Below are positions 37,538-47,549 of a DNA stretch of 64,000 nt, piece after piece. Position 1 is the stretch's first letter. Every line of letters starts with the position of its first letter. Under the pieces are notes generated by a model. The model did no database searches and was not told where the DNA came from. It saw nothing but the letters and a program-made list of their open reading frames with translations. This DNA comes from Candidatus Zambryskiibacteriota bacterium (GTDB lineage Bacteria; Patescibacteriota; Minisyncoccia; Phycocordibacterales; WO2-35-19): the NCBI GenBank assembly GCA_003233455.1, contig QILQ01000012.1:4441-68440 (forward strand), written 5' to 3'. Both the position numbers and the translations under genes were made by a program.

Positions 37538-39703
37538 TTAGTTACTTCTTAATATAAACGGACGATCGGCGGAGAGATTATGGTTTTGGGCCCATAAGCG
37601 GACAGAGTATTCCCAGCGTTCAAATTGAGGATCAGGATTTGGATATTCTGGGTAGTCTCCTCTTGGGTCATCTTTATTTACCCAGCTTAATATGGAATGT
37701 GGTCCACCGGTTACTATTCTAATATTTGAGTTTGAAGTTGAGCTTGCAAATTCACCACCTTGCCAAATACCTTGCAAGACTGGTTTTAGGTTAGGATTAT
37801 TTTTAATTAAAGGTTCTTCAAATTGCTCATTTGGTATTTGTGGTAATATTTTATCCATAAAAGCTCTCCACATTGGAGCAACAATAAAGCCAGCTATTTT
37901 CTTTTTCATTGGAGTATTATCGTTGTTCCCAGCCCAAGCTCCAACAGCAATAGATGGAGTGTAGCCAATAATCCAAGCATCTTTATAATTATTAGTAGTA
38001 CCGGTTTTAACAGCAACATCTCTATTTTTAAAATATAAAAAAGATGATGGTCCAAAAGCGGGTGTTCTAGCTATATTATCGGAAAGTATACTAGATATTT
38101 TTAAAGCAATTTCTTTATCTAATACTTTAACAGGTTTGGGATTATGTTTTTCTAAAATTTTTCCATTTTTATCTTTTATTTCAATTATGGGACTGATATC
38201 AGTTTTTATTCCATCATTAGCAAACACTCCATAAGCACCGGTAATCTCAAGAGGAGTAACTTCTCCACCACCCAAAACCAAAGTTAAACCATAATTTCCT
38301 TTCTCGCTGAGAGATTTTATACCCATATCTCTTGCTAATCTTATAGATTTGTTTATACCGGCTAAATACAAAACTTTTACAGATGGCACATTTATTGATT
38401 GAGCTAAAGCATTTCTTAAAGTTGTTGGACCCCTAAAAATATGGTCATAGTTACTTGGAGCATAACAACCATTAATCATTGTTAGATTGTTGGGAGCACA
38501 AGAAGCTGAAAATTGTGTTTTCAAATCAAAAACAACTGTTTCTGGGGTGTATCCTTTTATAAAAGCTTCGGAATAAATAAATGGTTTAATAGTGGAACCG
38601 GGTTGTCTTTTGGCGGTAATAACATTAAAAGCCCCATCTATTTTTTTATCAAAATAATCTCTGGAACCAACCATGGTTAATATTCCTCCTGTTTTTGGGT
38701 TTATAACCACCATAGCGGCATTCTCCGCGTCAAATTTCTTCTTATTACTCATTGCGTAATCGTGAACAATTTTTTCAGCTATAGATTGAAAATTATAATT
38801 TAAAGAAGTTGTTACTCTTAAACCATCAGTGTTTATAATTTCTCCGCCATATTTCTTTTTTATATAATCAAGAACATAAAAAACAAAATGAGGAGCTTTA
38901 ATACTATAATCGCTTTTAGGCATAAAAGAAACTTTTTCAGCCATAGCCGAGTTATATTCTTTTTTGGTAATAAAATTATTTTTAAACATCTCTCTTAAAA
39001 CTAAATTTTTTCTCTCTTCAAGTTTATCTCGGTGTTTACCATAAGGGGAATAATAAGTTGGTGCTTTTGGCAAAGCTGCCAAATAAGCGGCTTCAGCCAG
39101 AGTTACTTCCGAAGCTTTTTTACCAAAAAAAGCTTCACTGGCTTCTTCCACGCCATAAATAACTCCACCATAAGGTATTTCATTTAAATACATTGAAAGA
39201 ATTTCATCTTTAGTTGCCACTTTTTCCAATTTAATAGCCAAGACCCACTCTTTTAATTTTCTTGAGATGAGTTTTTTGGAAGTGAGTAATGAATTTTTAA
39301 CCACTTGTTGAGTAATAGTAGAACCTCCTTGACTAAAGTTTAAAGATAATATATTTACCAGAGCAGCTCTTAAAAAAGAAGTAAACTCAACTCCTTTATG
39401 GTTGTAAAAATCTTTATCTTCTATGGCAATAGTGGCATTCTTAATATGTCTGGATATTTCTTCTATAGGCACCACACTTCTTCTGGTGTTGCCACCAGTA
39501 TCGTATAAAAGAATTTTTCCCGTTCGGTCATATATTTTAGTTGATTCAATAATTCTTCTTTCTCTGATTGATCCCGGAGTTGGTGCCCTAAAAGTGCTAA
39601 TCCAAAGAAAAGTTATAGCTCCCAATATAAAAAAAGCTGAGAACGAAAGAGTTATTAAGGTTTTTATAACTAGTTTATGTTTTACTACAAATCTTTTTAC
39701 CAT
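37538..39703 (-). CDS. Class A penicillin-binding protein (glycosyltransferase GT51 + transpeptidase)
   Basis: IEDKDFYNHKGVEF, GGSTITQQ, SGSTIKPF motifs. Confidence 0.85.
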   Translation of the reverse strand: MVKRFVVKHKLVIKTLITLSFSAFFILGAITFLWISTFRAPTPGSIRERRIIESTKIYDRTGKILLYDTGGNTRRSVVPIEEISRHIKNATIAIEDKDFYNHKGVEFTSFLRAALVNILSLNFSQGGSTITQQVVKNSLLTSKKLISRKLKEWVLAIKLEKVATKDEILSMYLNEIPYGGVIYGVEEASEAFFGKKASEVTLAEAAYLAALPKAPTYYSPYGKHRDKLEERKNLVLREMFKNNFITKKEYNSAMAEKVSFMPKSDYSIKAPHFVFYVLDYIKKKYGGEIINTDGLRVTTSLNYNFQSIAEKIVHDYAMSNKKKFDAENAAMVVINPKTGGILTMVGSRDYFDKKIDGAFNVITAKRQPGSTIKPFIYSEAFIKGYTPETVVFDLKTQFSASCAPNNLTMINGCYAPSNYDHIFRGPTTLRNALAQSINVPSVKVLYLAGINKSIRLARDMGIKSLSEKGNYGLTLVLGGGEVTPLEITGAYGVFANDGIKTDISPIIEIKDKNGKILEKHNPKPVKVLDKEIALKISSILSDNIARTPAFGPSSFLYFKNRDVAVKTGTTNNYKDAWIIGYTPSIAVGAWAGNNDNTPMKKKIAGFIVAPMWRAFMDKILPQIPNEQFEEPLIKNNPNLKPVLQGIWQGGEFASSTSNSNIRIVTGGPHSILSWVNKDDPRGDYPEYPNPDPQFERWEYSVRLWAQNHNLSADRPFILRSN

Positions 39704-39748
39704 CCCTATATATTATGCCAAAAAACAAAATTATGGTAGCATTTTTAT

Positions 39749-40960
39749 ATGTTTAAGTCTAAATCAAAAATAATAACTGATGAAAAAAAAATAGACGAGA
39801 TTCTCACTCGCGGGACAGAGGATATTTTTATTAGGGAAAATTTAAAAAAAGAGTTACTTAGCGGAAAACAATTACGAATTAAACTTGGTATAGATCCAAC
39901 CGGTCCAGCTATTCATTTAGGCAGAGCTGTTCCTTTGCGAAAATTAAAAGCTTTTCAATATCTTGGACATAAAATTGTTCTTATTATGGGTGATTTTACC
40001 GCGAAAATAGGAGATCCTTCTGATAAACTTGAAAAAAGACCGATGTTGACTGATGGTGATATTAAAAATAATCTTAAAGATTACTTAAAACAAATAGGTA
40101 AGATAATTGATTTATCTAAAACAGAAGTTCGTTATAATTCAGAATGGTTAAAAGAAATGGGTTATATGGAAATTGCTAAACTTTTAGAATGTTTTACCGT
40201 CCAACAAATGTCAAAAAGAAGAAATTTTCAGGAGAGATTGAAACAAGGACATGATGTTTTTGTTGTTGAATTTATGTACCCAGCTCTTCAAGGATACGAT
40301 AGTGTAAAAGTTTCTGCTGATGTTGAAATTGGGGGATTTGATCAATTATTTAATTTAAAATCTGGACGAATTGTGCAAAAAAAATATGGAGAAAAAGAGC
40401 AAGATATTATGACAGTATCTATGCTTTTAGGTTCCGATGGAAGAAAAATGTCTTCTTCGTGGGGGAATATAATTTCTCTTCTTGATACTAGTGAAAATAT
40501 GTTTGGTAAAATAATGTCCATTAAAGATGATTTGATTATTCAATATTTTACTTTAGGCACGGATATTTCACTTGTAGAAATCTTAAATATTGAAAAAGAA
40601 CTAAAATCTGGCATCAATCCAAAAAATATAAAATTAAAATTAGCTAAAGAAATAGTGAAAATGTATCACGGAGAAAAAGAGGCGGAAAAAGCGGCAGAAG
40701 TTTTTGAAAATACTTTTAGCAAAAAAGAATTTCCGGAAGATGCTTTGGAAATAAATGTAGCAGAGAATATTAAAATATCAGATGTTTTGGTAAATAATAA
40801 AATTATAGAATCAAAATCAGAATTTCGCCGTTTAGTAATAGCGGGTGCTATCTCAGATTATCCAAACAAAAAAATAAATAATTCTAACGAAATAGTTGGA
40901 GATAAAGAAAGAAAAATAAAAGTTGGCAAAAAAACTTTTATTATTTTAAAACCAAAATAA
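39749..40960 (+). CDS. tyrS: Tyrosine--tRNA ligase
   Basis: GIDPTGPAIHLGRAV (HIGH-like), KMSSSWGN (KMSKS). Confidence 0.85.
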   Translation: MFKSKSKIITDEKKIDEILTRGTEDIFIRENLKKELLSGKQLRIKLGIDPTGPAIHLGRAVPLRKLKAFQYLGHKIVLIMGDFTAKIGDPSDKLEKRPMLTDGDIKNNLKDYLKQIGKIIDLSKTEVRYNSEWLKEMGYMEIAKLLECFTVQQMSKRRNFQERLKQGHDVFVVEFMYPALQGYDSVKVSADVEIGGFDQLFNLKSGRIVQKKYGEKEQDIMTVSMLLGSDGRKMSSSWGNIISLLDTSENMFGKIMSIKDDLIIQYFTLGTDISLVEILNIEKELKSGINPKNIKLKLAKEIVKMYHGEKEAEKAAEVFENTFSKKEFPEDALEINVAENIKISDVLVNNKIIESKSEFRRLVIAGAISDYPNKKINNSNEIVGDKERKIKVGKKTFIILKPK

Positions 40961-41182
40961 AGACTTACTCTGTTTCGTCTAATTCATCTATATCTTTTAT
41001 TGAGGATATTGGTATCCCATTTTCATCTAATTCCTCTTCCTCCTCTTCTGATTCATCTCCAATTCCATATATTTCATCGTGATCCATAAAATTTAATTTA
41101 TTTTTAATTCTGATTAAAATTTAGCCAACAGCTAAAATCAGATTTTATAATTTTTATCACAATGTATTTTTTTTTGCAATAA

Positions 41183-41704
41183 CTAAACCAATATATCTGT
41201 GGATAAGGAAATGGCGGCACAAGTAAGGGCTGTGGCGATAGCGTCATATTCATCATCACGTCTTTTTTTTCCATTAGTTGATGGATTAATTTTAATCAAT
41301 TTTTCCACCATACTGATAACTTGTTTTTTGTCACTTTTCCCATAACCCGTTACCGCCAGTTTTATTTGATTGGGATTATATTCACAAATTAAAAGACTGC
41401 TTCTGGCTCCTTCAAGCAATATTACTCCACGAGCTTCCGCCACTTGGAGAGCGGTTTTTTTATTTTTACTCCAAAGTAGAGTTTCAATTGCCATTTTATT
41501 TGGATGATATTTTTTAATTATTTTTTTAATTTTCTCTCCTACAAGCAGTAATCTTTCGTGGTGGGGAAGTTTACCATCTGTTTCAAAACATTCTGAATAA
41601 ATCAATTTCTCTCCTTTATTAGTTTTTTCAACTATAGCTATTCCGATTCTACCGTAGCCTGGGTCAATACCTAATATTATATTTTTATTTTTTATTGGAG
41701 TCAT
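41183..41704 (-). CDS. ruvC: Holliday junction resolvase RuvC
   Basis: IILGIDPGYGRIGIAIVE... Confidence 0.8.
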   Translation of the reverse strand: MTPIKNKNIILGIDPGYGRIGIAIVEKTNKGEKLIYSECFETDGKLPHHERLLLVGEKIKKIIKKYHPNKMAIETLLWSKNKKTALQVAEARGVILLEGARSSLLICEYNPNQIKLAVTGYGKSDKKQVISMVEKLIKINPSTNGKKRRDDEYDAIATALTCAAISLSTDILV

Positions 41705-41746
41705 ATTTTTATTAAGGCACTTCAAAAGTATATTCTCAACGAAAAA

Positions 41747-42283
41747 TTACTCTGCATTTGTGAAAACTTCTTGAACTTCATCATTTTCTTCAAGTTCTTC
41801 TATTAAAATTTGCAATTTAGCGTTATCTGTTTCTGATATTGGTATCGTATTTTTGGGTGTCCAAATGTTGGCATCTATTTTTTTTTCAAAAGCCCAAGTA
41901 GCTGAACCAGGGACAGCTAACTCAAAACCATTTTTTGAAAGTATGTGTCTTATTTCTTGAGCAGCTCTATTTTTACTTTCGGTTAAAGCCTCAATAATCA
42001 AAGCGGAGCCACCTGGTCCGTAAGCTTCGTATGTTATTTGTTCCATTTCTCCAACCTCGGTTTCCACGCCTTTCTTTACCGCTCTTTCAATATTGTTGTT
42101 CGGCACATTTTCTGTTTTCGCTTTTTCTATAGCGGCTCTCAATCTGGGAGCATTAACATCGCCCCCAACTTTTTTAGACTCTATTGCGATAAGACGAACT
42201 AACTTGCCAAAAACTTTGCTTTTTTGAGCGTCGGTAACCGCTTTTTTATTTTTTATTTTTGACCATTTATTATGTCCTGACAT
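41747..42283 (-). CDS. YebC/PmpR family protein (short)
   Basis: MSGHNKWSKIKNKKAVTDAQKSKVFGKLVRLI. Confidence 0.7.
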   Translation of the reverse strand: MSGHNKWSKIKNKKAVTDAQKSKVFGKLVRLIAIESKKVGGDVNAPRLRAAIEKAKTENVPNNNIERAVKKGVETEVGEMEQITYEAYGPGGSALIIEALTESKNRAAQEIRHILSKNGFELAVPGSATWAFEKKIDANIWTPKNTIPISETDNAKLQILIEELEENDEVQEVFTNAE

Positions 42284-42353
42284 AATTTAAATCATAACAA
42301 AATTGTGATAATTTTTCTAACATCCCTAATCCTTTTAATCCTCTAAAAAATAA

Positions 42354-42467
42354 CCTCCCTAACTCTCCTTACTTTAAGGAGGGAACCGCGCAATAAACTC
42401 TGTTAAACAACTGAATAATAAATATGAGTCACCCTCTCCTTAAGGTAAGGAGAGGGCTGGGGAGAGG
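42354..42467. repeat. Two copies of GC-rich palindromic hairpin element (CTCTCCTTAcTTTAAGGAGGG and CCCTCTCCTTAaggTAAGGAGAGGG) in yebC-ruvB intergenic region
   Basis: Direct reading; same family as 23673, 46365, 47863. Confidence 0.6.
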
Positions 42468-42487
42468 TTAGATAATGCAGTTATAAT

Positions 42488-43537
42488 TTAAAGTAACTTC
42501 TCTTGTTTTTCTTTTGGAAAATCTATATCCAAATGTTTGTAGGCACGTTTTGTGAGCACCCTTCCTTTTGGTGTACGCTCTAAGAAACCAATTTGGAGCA
42601 AATAAGGTTCATTAAATTCTTCAATAGTTGACTCTTCTTCCGAAAGGGAAGCGGCTAAAGTATTAAGACCAACTGGTCCGCCTCTAAATTTATCAGCAAT
42701 AGTTTTGAGTAGGGCAATATCGGAAAAATTAAGTCCCGCTTTATCTATGCCTAAAAGATTAAAAGCTTCTCGGGCTATATTTTGGTCAATATCTTTTTTT
42801 TGGATTTGGGCATAATCTCTAGCTCTTTTTAAAAGATAATTAGCAGTGCGAGGAGTAAACCTGCTTCTTTCTCCTATGTCCTTTGCCGCCATTTTATCTA
42901 AAGAAACTCCCAAAATATTCGCCGAACGTTTGATTATTTGTATAATTTCATTCGGATTATAAAATTCAAGACGAAAGACGCCACCGGAAAACCTGCTTCG
43001 CAGAGGCGAAGAAAGCATAGCTACCCGAGTAGTGGCTCCTATCAGAGTAAAAGCGGGCAATTCAAGCTGAATAGTTCTGGCACTTGGTCCTTTGCCTATA
43101 ATAATATCTAACAACCCCGACTCCATCGCCGGATAAAGCACTTCCTCAATAGATTTATTTAATCGGTGAATTTCATCTATAAAAAGAATATCTCCTGGAG
43201 AAAGGTTGGTGAGTATAGAAGCCAAGTCTCCTATTTTTTCAATAGCTGGTCCGGAAGTTGAACGCATCTGACTGCTTGTTTCTTTGGCTATAAGATGGGC
43301 TAAAGTAGTTTTGCCAAGACCTGGGGGACCGTAAAATAAGAGGTGTTCCGGCGGATGTCCTCTTTCTCGGGCGGCGTCTAAGAGAATTCTAAGATTTTTT
43401 TTTATATTTTCTTGTCCGATATACTCATCCCATTTAGAAGGTCTTAAGGTTTGGTCTAAAAAATCAAGATTTTCACCTGATACACTATTATGATGAGCGG
43501 GTTTGTTTCCTTTGTTTTTCTTGCTATTTATTGACAT
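42488..43537 (-). CDS. ruvB: Holliday junction branch migration ATPase RuvB
   Basis: GPPGLGKTTLAHLIA, ...ILFIDEIHRL. Confidence 0.9.
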   Translation of the reverse strand: MSINSKKNKGNKPAHHNSVSGENLDFLDQTLRPSKWDEYIGQENIKKNLRILLDAARERGHPPEHLLFYGPPGLGKTTLAHLIAKETSSQMRSTSGPAIEKIGDLASILTNLSPGDILFIDEIHRLNKSIEEVLYPAMESGLLDIIIGKGPSARTIQLELPAFTLIGATTRVAMLSSPLRSRFSGGVFRLEFYNPNEIIQIIKRSANILGVSLDKMAAKDIGERSRFTPRTANYLLKRARDYAQIQKKDIDQNIAREAFNLLGIDKAGLNFSDIALLKTIADKFRGGPVGLNTLAASLSEEESTIEEFNEPYLLQIGFLERTPKGRVLTKRAYKHLDIDFPKEKQEKLL

Positions 43538-43617
43538 ATTTTATCATATATGATATACTCTTTTTGAATTTGAAATGATTGTAGTTTGAATAGAATGTTT
43601 TAATTTGCCTACACACT

Positions 43618-43779
43618 GGAGATACAAATCTCTAAGCGACACCTCGCTTTGGCGCGGTTAGACATTAAATCAAGGAAGAGCTGGTATCGTCTTTCGGGAA
43701 GAACCACTAGCTCTTTCCTCAGAATAATGTTTTGCTTTTTATTTAAATATAGAAAGTGTCGCTTAGAGATTTGTATCCC
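43618..43779. ncRNA. 162-bp element closed by 24-bp terminal inverted repeats with internal bubble and apical stem: 6S-RNA-like sRNA candidate or MITE
   Basis: GGAGATACAAATCTCTAAGCGACAC (43618-43642) vs GTGTCGCTTAGAGATTTGTATCCC (43756-43779); inner stem GGAAGAGCTGGT/ACTAGCTCTTTCC; poorly paired middle. Confidence 0.35.
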
Positions 43780-43862
43780 TAATTTCATTATTCACAAAAC
43801 TCTTGCTTCGGCAATTTATTTTGTGTATAACTTTTTAGGAAAAGTTCTTTGAAACGTTAATT

Positions 43863-44573
43863 GTGTTTCGCTACAGCAGAAAGAATCTTAAAGTAGGATT
43901 TTTCCTGCTGTGGCTAAGTGCAAATAAAGCCAAAACCAAACAGCATATGGAACATGTTTCCAGGAAGATTAAAAGCATGTCTTTTAAATCAGATTTTTCG
44001 TTTGACCAAATTTCTCAGCTTGTGTTTTCCTTGAGGAAAAACGGTTGGGATAAAAAAGATGTCACTAATTTGGGTCAGTGTGGAAAAGGGGGGTCGGCCA
44101 GCATTCGCGATTTTCTTGACGGACAAGCCGAGATTATTCTGATTGAGAAAAAAAATGATCTTGTTCTTTGTGCTGGTGTCGATGGCACCAGTACAGCAAA
44201 AAAAGCACTGAACAACCTTGGTTCTTTGGAGAAATACCTTGATTATGACGTTGTCGCCACCATGTTTCATGGTGGGGATGATGAGGTAAAAGTTCATTTC
44301 TTCAAAGTTGGTCGCAGCATCAGCGACAACGATTTGGAGGAAGAGTATAGATTAAATGGGCTCAAGCCTATTGATCCGTATTCGCTAATTGCCGTCAACA
44401 GAATCTACCCAGCTTTTTCCAAGGAGTATCCTAACGGTACCCATTGGAGAGATTCCAGTGGTATGTGGTGCCACTGTGCCTTCTGTAGCTGGTACAATCA
44501 CCACAGTGTTGTTGTTAACCACAACAACAGCTGGTGGGGTAGTAGTCCTTTTTGGTATGCTGGCTTTCGGTAG
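43863..44573 (+). CDS. Hypothetical protein (possible frameshift near 3' end)
   Basis: 236 aa ORF; last ~50 aa are Trp/His-rich while the overlapping frame 44389..44592 encodes a plausible TM helix. Confidence 0.3.
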   Translation: MFRYSRKNLKVGFFLLWLSANKAKTKQHMEHVSRKIKSMSFKSDFSFDQISQLVFSLRKNGWDKKDVTNLGQCGKGGSASIRDFLDGQAEIILIEKKNDLVLCAGVDGTSTAKKALNNLGSLEKYLDYDVVATMFHGGDDEVKVHFFKVGRSISDNDLEEEYRLNGLKPIDPYSLIAVNRIYPAFSKEYPNGTHWRDSSGMWCHCAFCSWYNHHSVVVNHNNSWWGSSPFWYAGFR

Positions 44574-44635
44574 AGCTGAATCGATTCCCTGAAAATTCGA
44601 AAGGATAAGTAGGGGGATCTGTTTTTTTATTAATT

Positions 44636-46348
44636 TTACTCCTCCAAATCAATTACTCTACCTAATTCATCAATAGAAGTAATGCCTCGCAGGATTTTAA
44701 TGACACCATCTTGCTTCATATTTAAAATATTCTGACTCTCGGCTGCTTTATTTACTTCTCTTTCACTCGGATTTTTATTGACAACTTCTTCTATTTTTTC
44801 ATCTGTTAGTATCGCTTCAAAAATGCCGGTCCTACCTTTAAATCCGGTGAAATTACATTCAGCGCAACCAACAGTTTCAAATATATTTGTAGTATCTAAA
44901 TCTTTTAAATAATTTTTATCTGAAATACTATCTGTGATTTTTTTTATTATTTTATTTTCTTTTTCCCTTAAAACAGCTTTCTTTTTGCATTTATTGCAGA
45001 GCTTTCTTATCAATCTTTGAGCCATAGCTATATTGATAGCTGAAGTAATAACTTTTGAATTTACTCCCAAATCAATCAAACGGGGGAAAGTGCCGGCAGC
45101 GTTGTTGGTATGAAGAGTGGAAAAAACAAGGTGCCCAGTTAAAGCGGCATTAACCGCAATTTCGGCTGTTTCTTCATCGCGAATTTCGCCAACCATAATA
45201 ACATCTGGGTCTTGACGCAACGAACTTCTCAAACCTTCAAGAAAGGTATAGCCTTTTTCTTCTTCCACCTGAGTTTGAACTACGCCTTTTAAATGATATT
45301 CAATCGGGTTTTCTATGGTGATCATTTTTATGCCCGGAGTCTGGATTTTTTTTAAGAAAGCATAAAGAGTGGTAGTCTTGCCACTGCCAGTCGGACCGGT
45401 ATTTAAAACCATCCCGTTTGGTTTTTTAAGTTCATTAGCGATTATATTTAATAGTTTCTTATTTATACCAAGATTTTCCAGAGATACTGAAATAGCGTTT
45501 GGATTTAAAACTCTTAAAACTATTGATTCTCCGTAACCACCAGGCAAAAGGGAGGTTCGGATTTCAATTTCCATATCGCCAAGTTTTATACTAAATCTAC
45601 CATCTTGAGCCTTTTCTTTAATATTTAATTTAAGATTTGAAATAAGTTTGATGCGAGAGAGAAGTAATTCATAAGTAGTATGATCAAGCTCTAGTATGTC
45701 ATTTAAAACTCCGTCCAGTCTATATCTAAGTTTGGCTAATTTTTCTTCCGGTTCAATATGAATATCAGAAGCATTTATAGAAATAGCTCCGGCTAATATT
45801 ATTTCCAGTATTTTTGATATACGATAACTTTTTTTTTGGTTTAAAACTATTTCAATTGATTTTTTTACATCATTAGCACTTTTAACCGATTTTACTAAAT
45901 CTTGAATCTCTTCATTGGCGATATCTAAAGATCCTCCCTTCGTTTCCATTGAATAGGAAAGGTCCTTGTAACGGTTCCAAACTTTTTCTAAACTTTGTTT
46001 GGATGCCATAAATAAAAAAGGAACATATCCTCTATCTTTTAAATCTTCAATCAGGGCGATAGTTTTATTATTATTTGGAGAGATGATGGCTATTGAAACT
46101 TTCTTATTGATAATATTAAAAGGAGCTACTTCTATCTCTCTGGCTTCTTTCTCTTTTATTATACGCAGAGCGTCAATATTGACGGGACTGATTGAAAGAT
46201 CAATATAAGGCAACCTATATTTTTGGGACATCATTTGAGCCAAACCCTCTTCTTCTTGTTCTCTTAGTTCTTTGAGTTTTATTTTTTGTTTATCTTCGTT
46301 GAATTTGATTGACATATATAAATTATAACATACAAAAAAATAACTCAC
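44636..46348 (-). CDS. pilB: Type IV pilus assembly ATPase PilB/GspE family
   Basis: Walker A GPTGSGKTTT, GEIRDEETAEIA, tetracysteine CNKC...CAEC. Confidence 0.85.
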   Translation of the reverse strand: MSYFFVCYNLYMSIKFNEDKQKIKLKELREQEEEGLAQMMSQKYRLPYIDLSISPVNIDALRIIKEKEAREIEVAPFNIINKKVSIAIISPNNNKTIALIEDLKDRGYVPFLFMASKQSLEKVWNRYKDLSYSMETKGGSLDIANEEIQDLVKSVKSANDVKKSIEIVLNQKKSYRISKILEIILAGAISINASDIHIEPEEKLAKLRYRLDGVLNDILELDHTTYELLLSRIKLISNLKLNIKEKAQDGRFSIKLGDMEIEIRTSLLPGGYGESIVLRVLNPNAISVSLENLGINKKLLNIIANELKKPNGMVLNTGPTGSGKTTTLYAFLKKIQTPGIKMITIENPIEYHLKGVVQTQVEEEKGYTFLEGLRSSLRQDPDVIMVGEIRDEETAEIAVNAALTGHLVFSTLHTNNAAGTFPRLIDLGVNSKVITSAINIAMAQRLIRKLCNKCKKKAVLREKENKIIKKITDSISDKNYLKDLDTTNIFETVGCAECNFTGFKGRTGIFEAILTDEKIEEVVNKNPSEREVNKAAESQNILNMKQDGVIKILRGITSIDELGRVIDLEE

Positions 46349-46364
46349 CTTTTTTTATTTCAAA

Positions 46365-46415
46365 CCTCACCCCTCACTCCGTGTAGCCCTCTCCTTAATA
46401 AGGAGAGAGGGGAGA
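46365..46415. repeat. GC-rich palindromic repeat element (CCTCACCCCTCACTCC + CCCTCTCCTTAataAGGAGAGAGGGG)
   Basis: Inverted orientation relative to 23673 copy; intergenic. Confidence 0.6.
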
Positions 46416-46488
46416 AACCAAAGGGAACCCTTAAAGAATTAAAGAAATGCCCCAAAAGGTCCCCCTTGGTTTTGTGTAGTATGAAAGC

Positions 46489-46517
46489 TTGACTTTTGGT
46501 TTTGACTTTGTTATAAT
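46489..46517 (+). promoter_or_regulatory. Consensus sigma70-type promoter TTGACT-17-TATAAT
   Basis: TTGACT 46489-46494, 17-nt spacer, TATAAT 46512-46517, ~25 nt upstream of ATG 46543. Confidence 0.5.
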
Positions 46518-46542
46518 TCAAATAGAAAGAGAGAGGTGTATT

Positions 46543-47430
46543 ATGAAAACCATTTTCTTGTGTGTTTTTTTGGCCACCATGCTCACCTTTACGATGAGTG
46601 GGTACGGTAGTAATCAGATTACGACGGGTGCTAAAAAGGCTGCCACCGTGGCAACCAAACAGGCGAAAAATGCTCAAAAGGTTGCCTCATCGGCAACCAA
46701 AAGAGCAGCCAAAAAGGTTGCAGAAGCCCGAAGGGCTGCGGTGAATGTCGCAGAAAAACCCAACAGCAAGAAGGCAAAAAAGAGGGCCTCCATTGCCATA
46801 GAGGTTGCGAAGGTAACACTCGAGCAGGCGAAAAATGCTCAAAAGGTTGCCGAGCAAGCTGCTGAACAGGCAAGGCTTGCCAGAGAAGCAGTTGCTGAAT
46901 TCAAGAGAACCGAGTCCCGTGCTCGATGGGAGGCTCAGCAACAGAGATGGAAGAGAAATCTCAATCTCTCATGTCCCGCCGGTGGGTGGGAGAACGTTGT
47001 CATTGAGCCGGAACTCGGAAGGGACTCCTTTCGAGTCAGTGGCAACAGGGTTGCTAGATTTTTGCTGGCTCGGTATATGGGGCTTGTAACAGCCTTCAAT
47101 CCATACCCAGATGTCGTTAATATTGACGAGGGTAGTCGAGCCCTCGTTCGCGACATGTGTCCCAAAGGGAAGATATCCCTGGTGGCCACCTTGGGGTGGG
47201 ACGCTGGGATTCTTGGTGGAGATGATTATGAGGAAGAGGAATTCCTTTGGACTGTTAGCTTGTACAAGAATGGGCACTTGTACAAGGGAAAAAGTCCGCG
47301 TCTACTCCTGTATGTATATCAATGGGTCAAGGAAAAAAAGCCTGCCCCATGGACAATGGAAGTGGACGACATTGATCGTCCTCTCCCCAAACATCTCCCG
47401 GAGCATAGGGAGGGGGGGCAGTGGAGATGA
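46543..47430 (+). CDS. GC-rich secreted Ala/Lys-rich coiled-coil protein (compositionally foreign)
   Basis: Signal peptide MKTIFLCVFLATMLTFTMSG; repeated KKAA/AKNAQKVA segments; GC3-rich codons unlike neighbours. Confidence 0.45.
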   Translation: MKTIFLCVFLATMLTFTMSGYGSNQITTGAKKAATVATKQAKNAQKVASSATKRAAKKVAEARRAAVNVAEKPNSKKAKKRASIAIEVAKVTLEQAKNAQKVAEQAAEQARLAREAVAEFKRTESRARWEAQQQRWKRNLNLSCPAGGWENVVIEPELGRDSFRVSGNRVARFLLARYMGLVTAFNPYPDVVNIDEGSRALVRDMCPKGKISLVATLGWDAGILGGDDYEEEEFLWTVSLYKNGHLYKGKSPRLLLYVYQWVKEKKPAPWTMEVDDIDRPLPKHLPEHREGGQWR

Positions 47431-47450
47431 GCAGCAATTTCTGTTCCGCT

Positions 47451-47500
47451 GGAGACTGTTCGCACAAAGTGTGCGACAGCCTCCGACGGGACTTTTTTTA
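47451..47500 (+). terminator. Intrinsic terminator
   Basis: GGAGACTGTTCGCACAAAGTGTGCGACAGCCTCC hairpin followed by CTTTTTTTA. Confidence 0.6.
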
Positions 47501-47549
47501 TTTTAATTTTGTTTACAGTTAGTCCTTTAAATTTGTTAAAAGATTTGTA

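Noticed and set aside
40968-41090. 40-aa acidic minus-strand ORF MDHDEIYGIGDESEEEEEELDENG... between tyrS and ruvC
   Set aside because: Short and low-complexity; the region also forms an imperfect terminator hairpin. No basis to call it a gene.
46360-47506. ORF 46360..46677- and the nest of overlapping ORFs 46631..47506
   Set aside because: The first merely spans the palindromic repeat copy. The others are alternative frames of the GC-rich coiled-coil gene, which has a signal peptide, promoter and terminator supporting the + frame.
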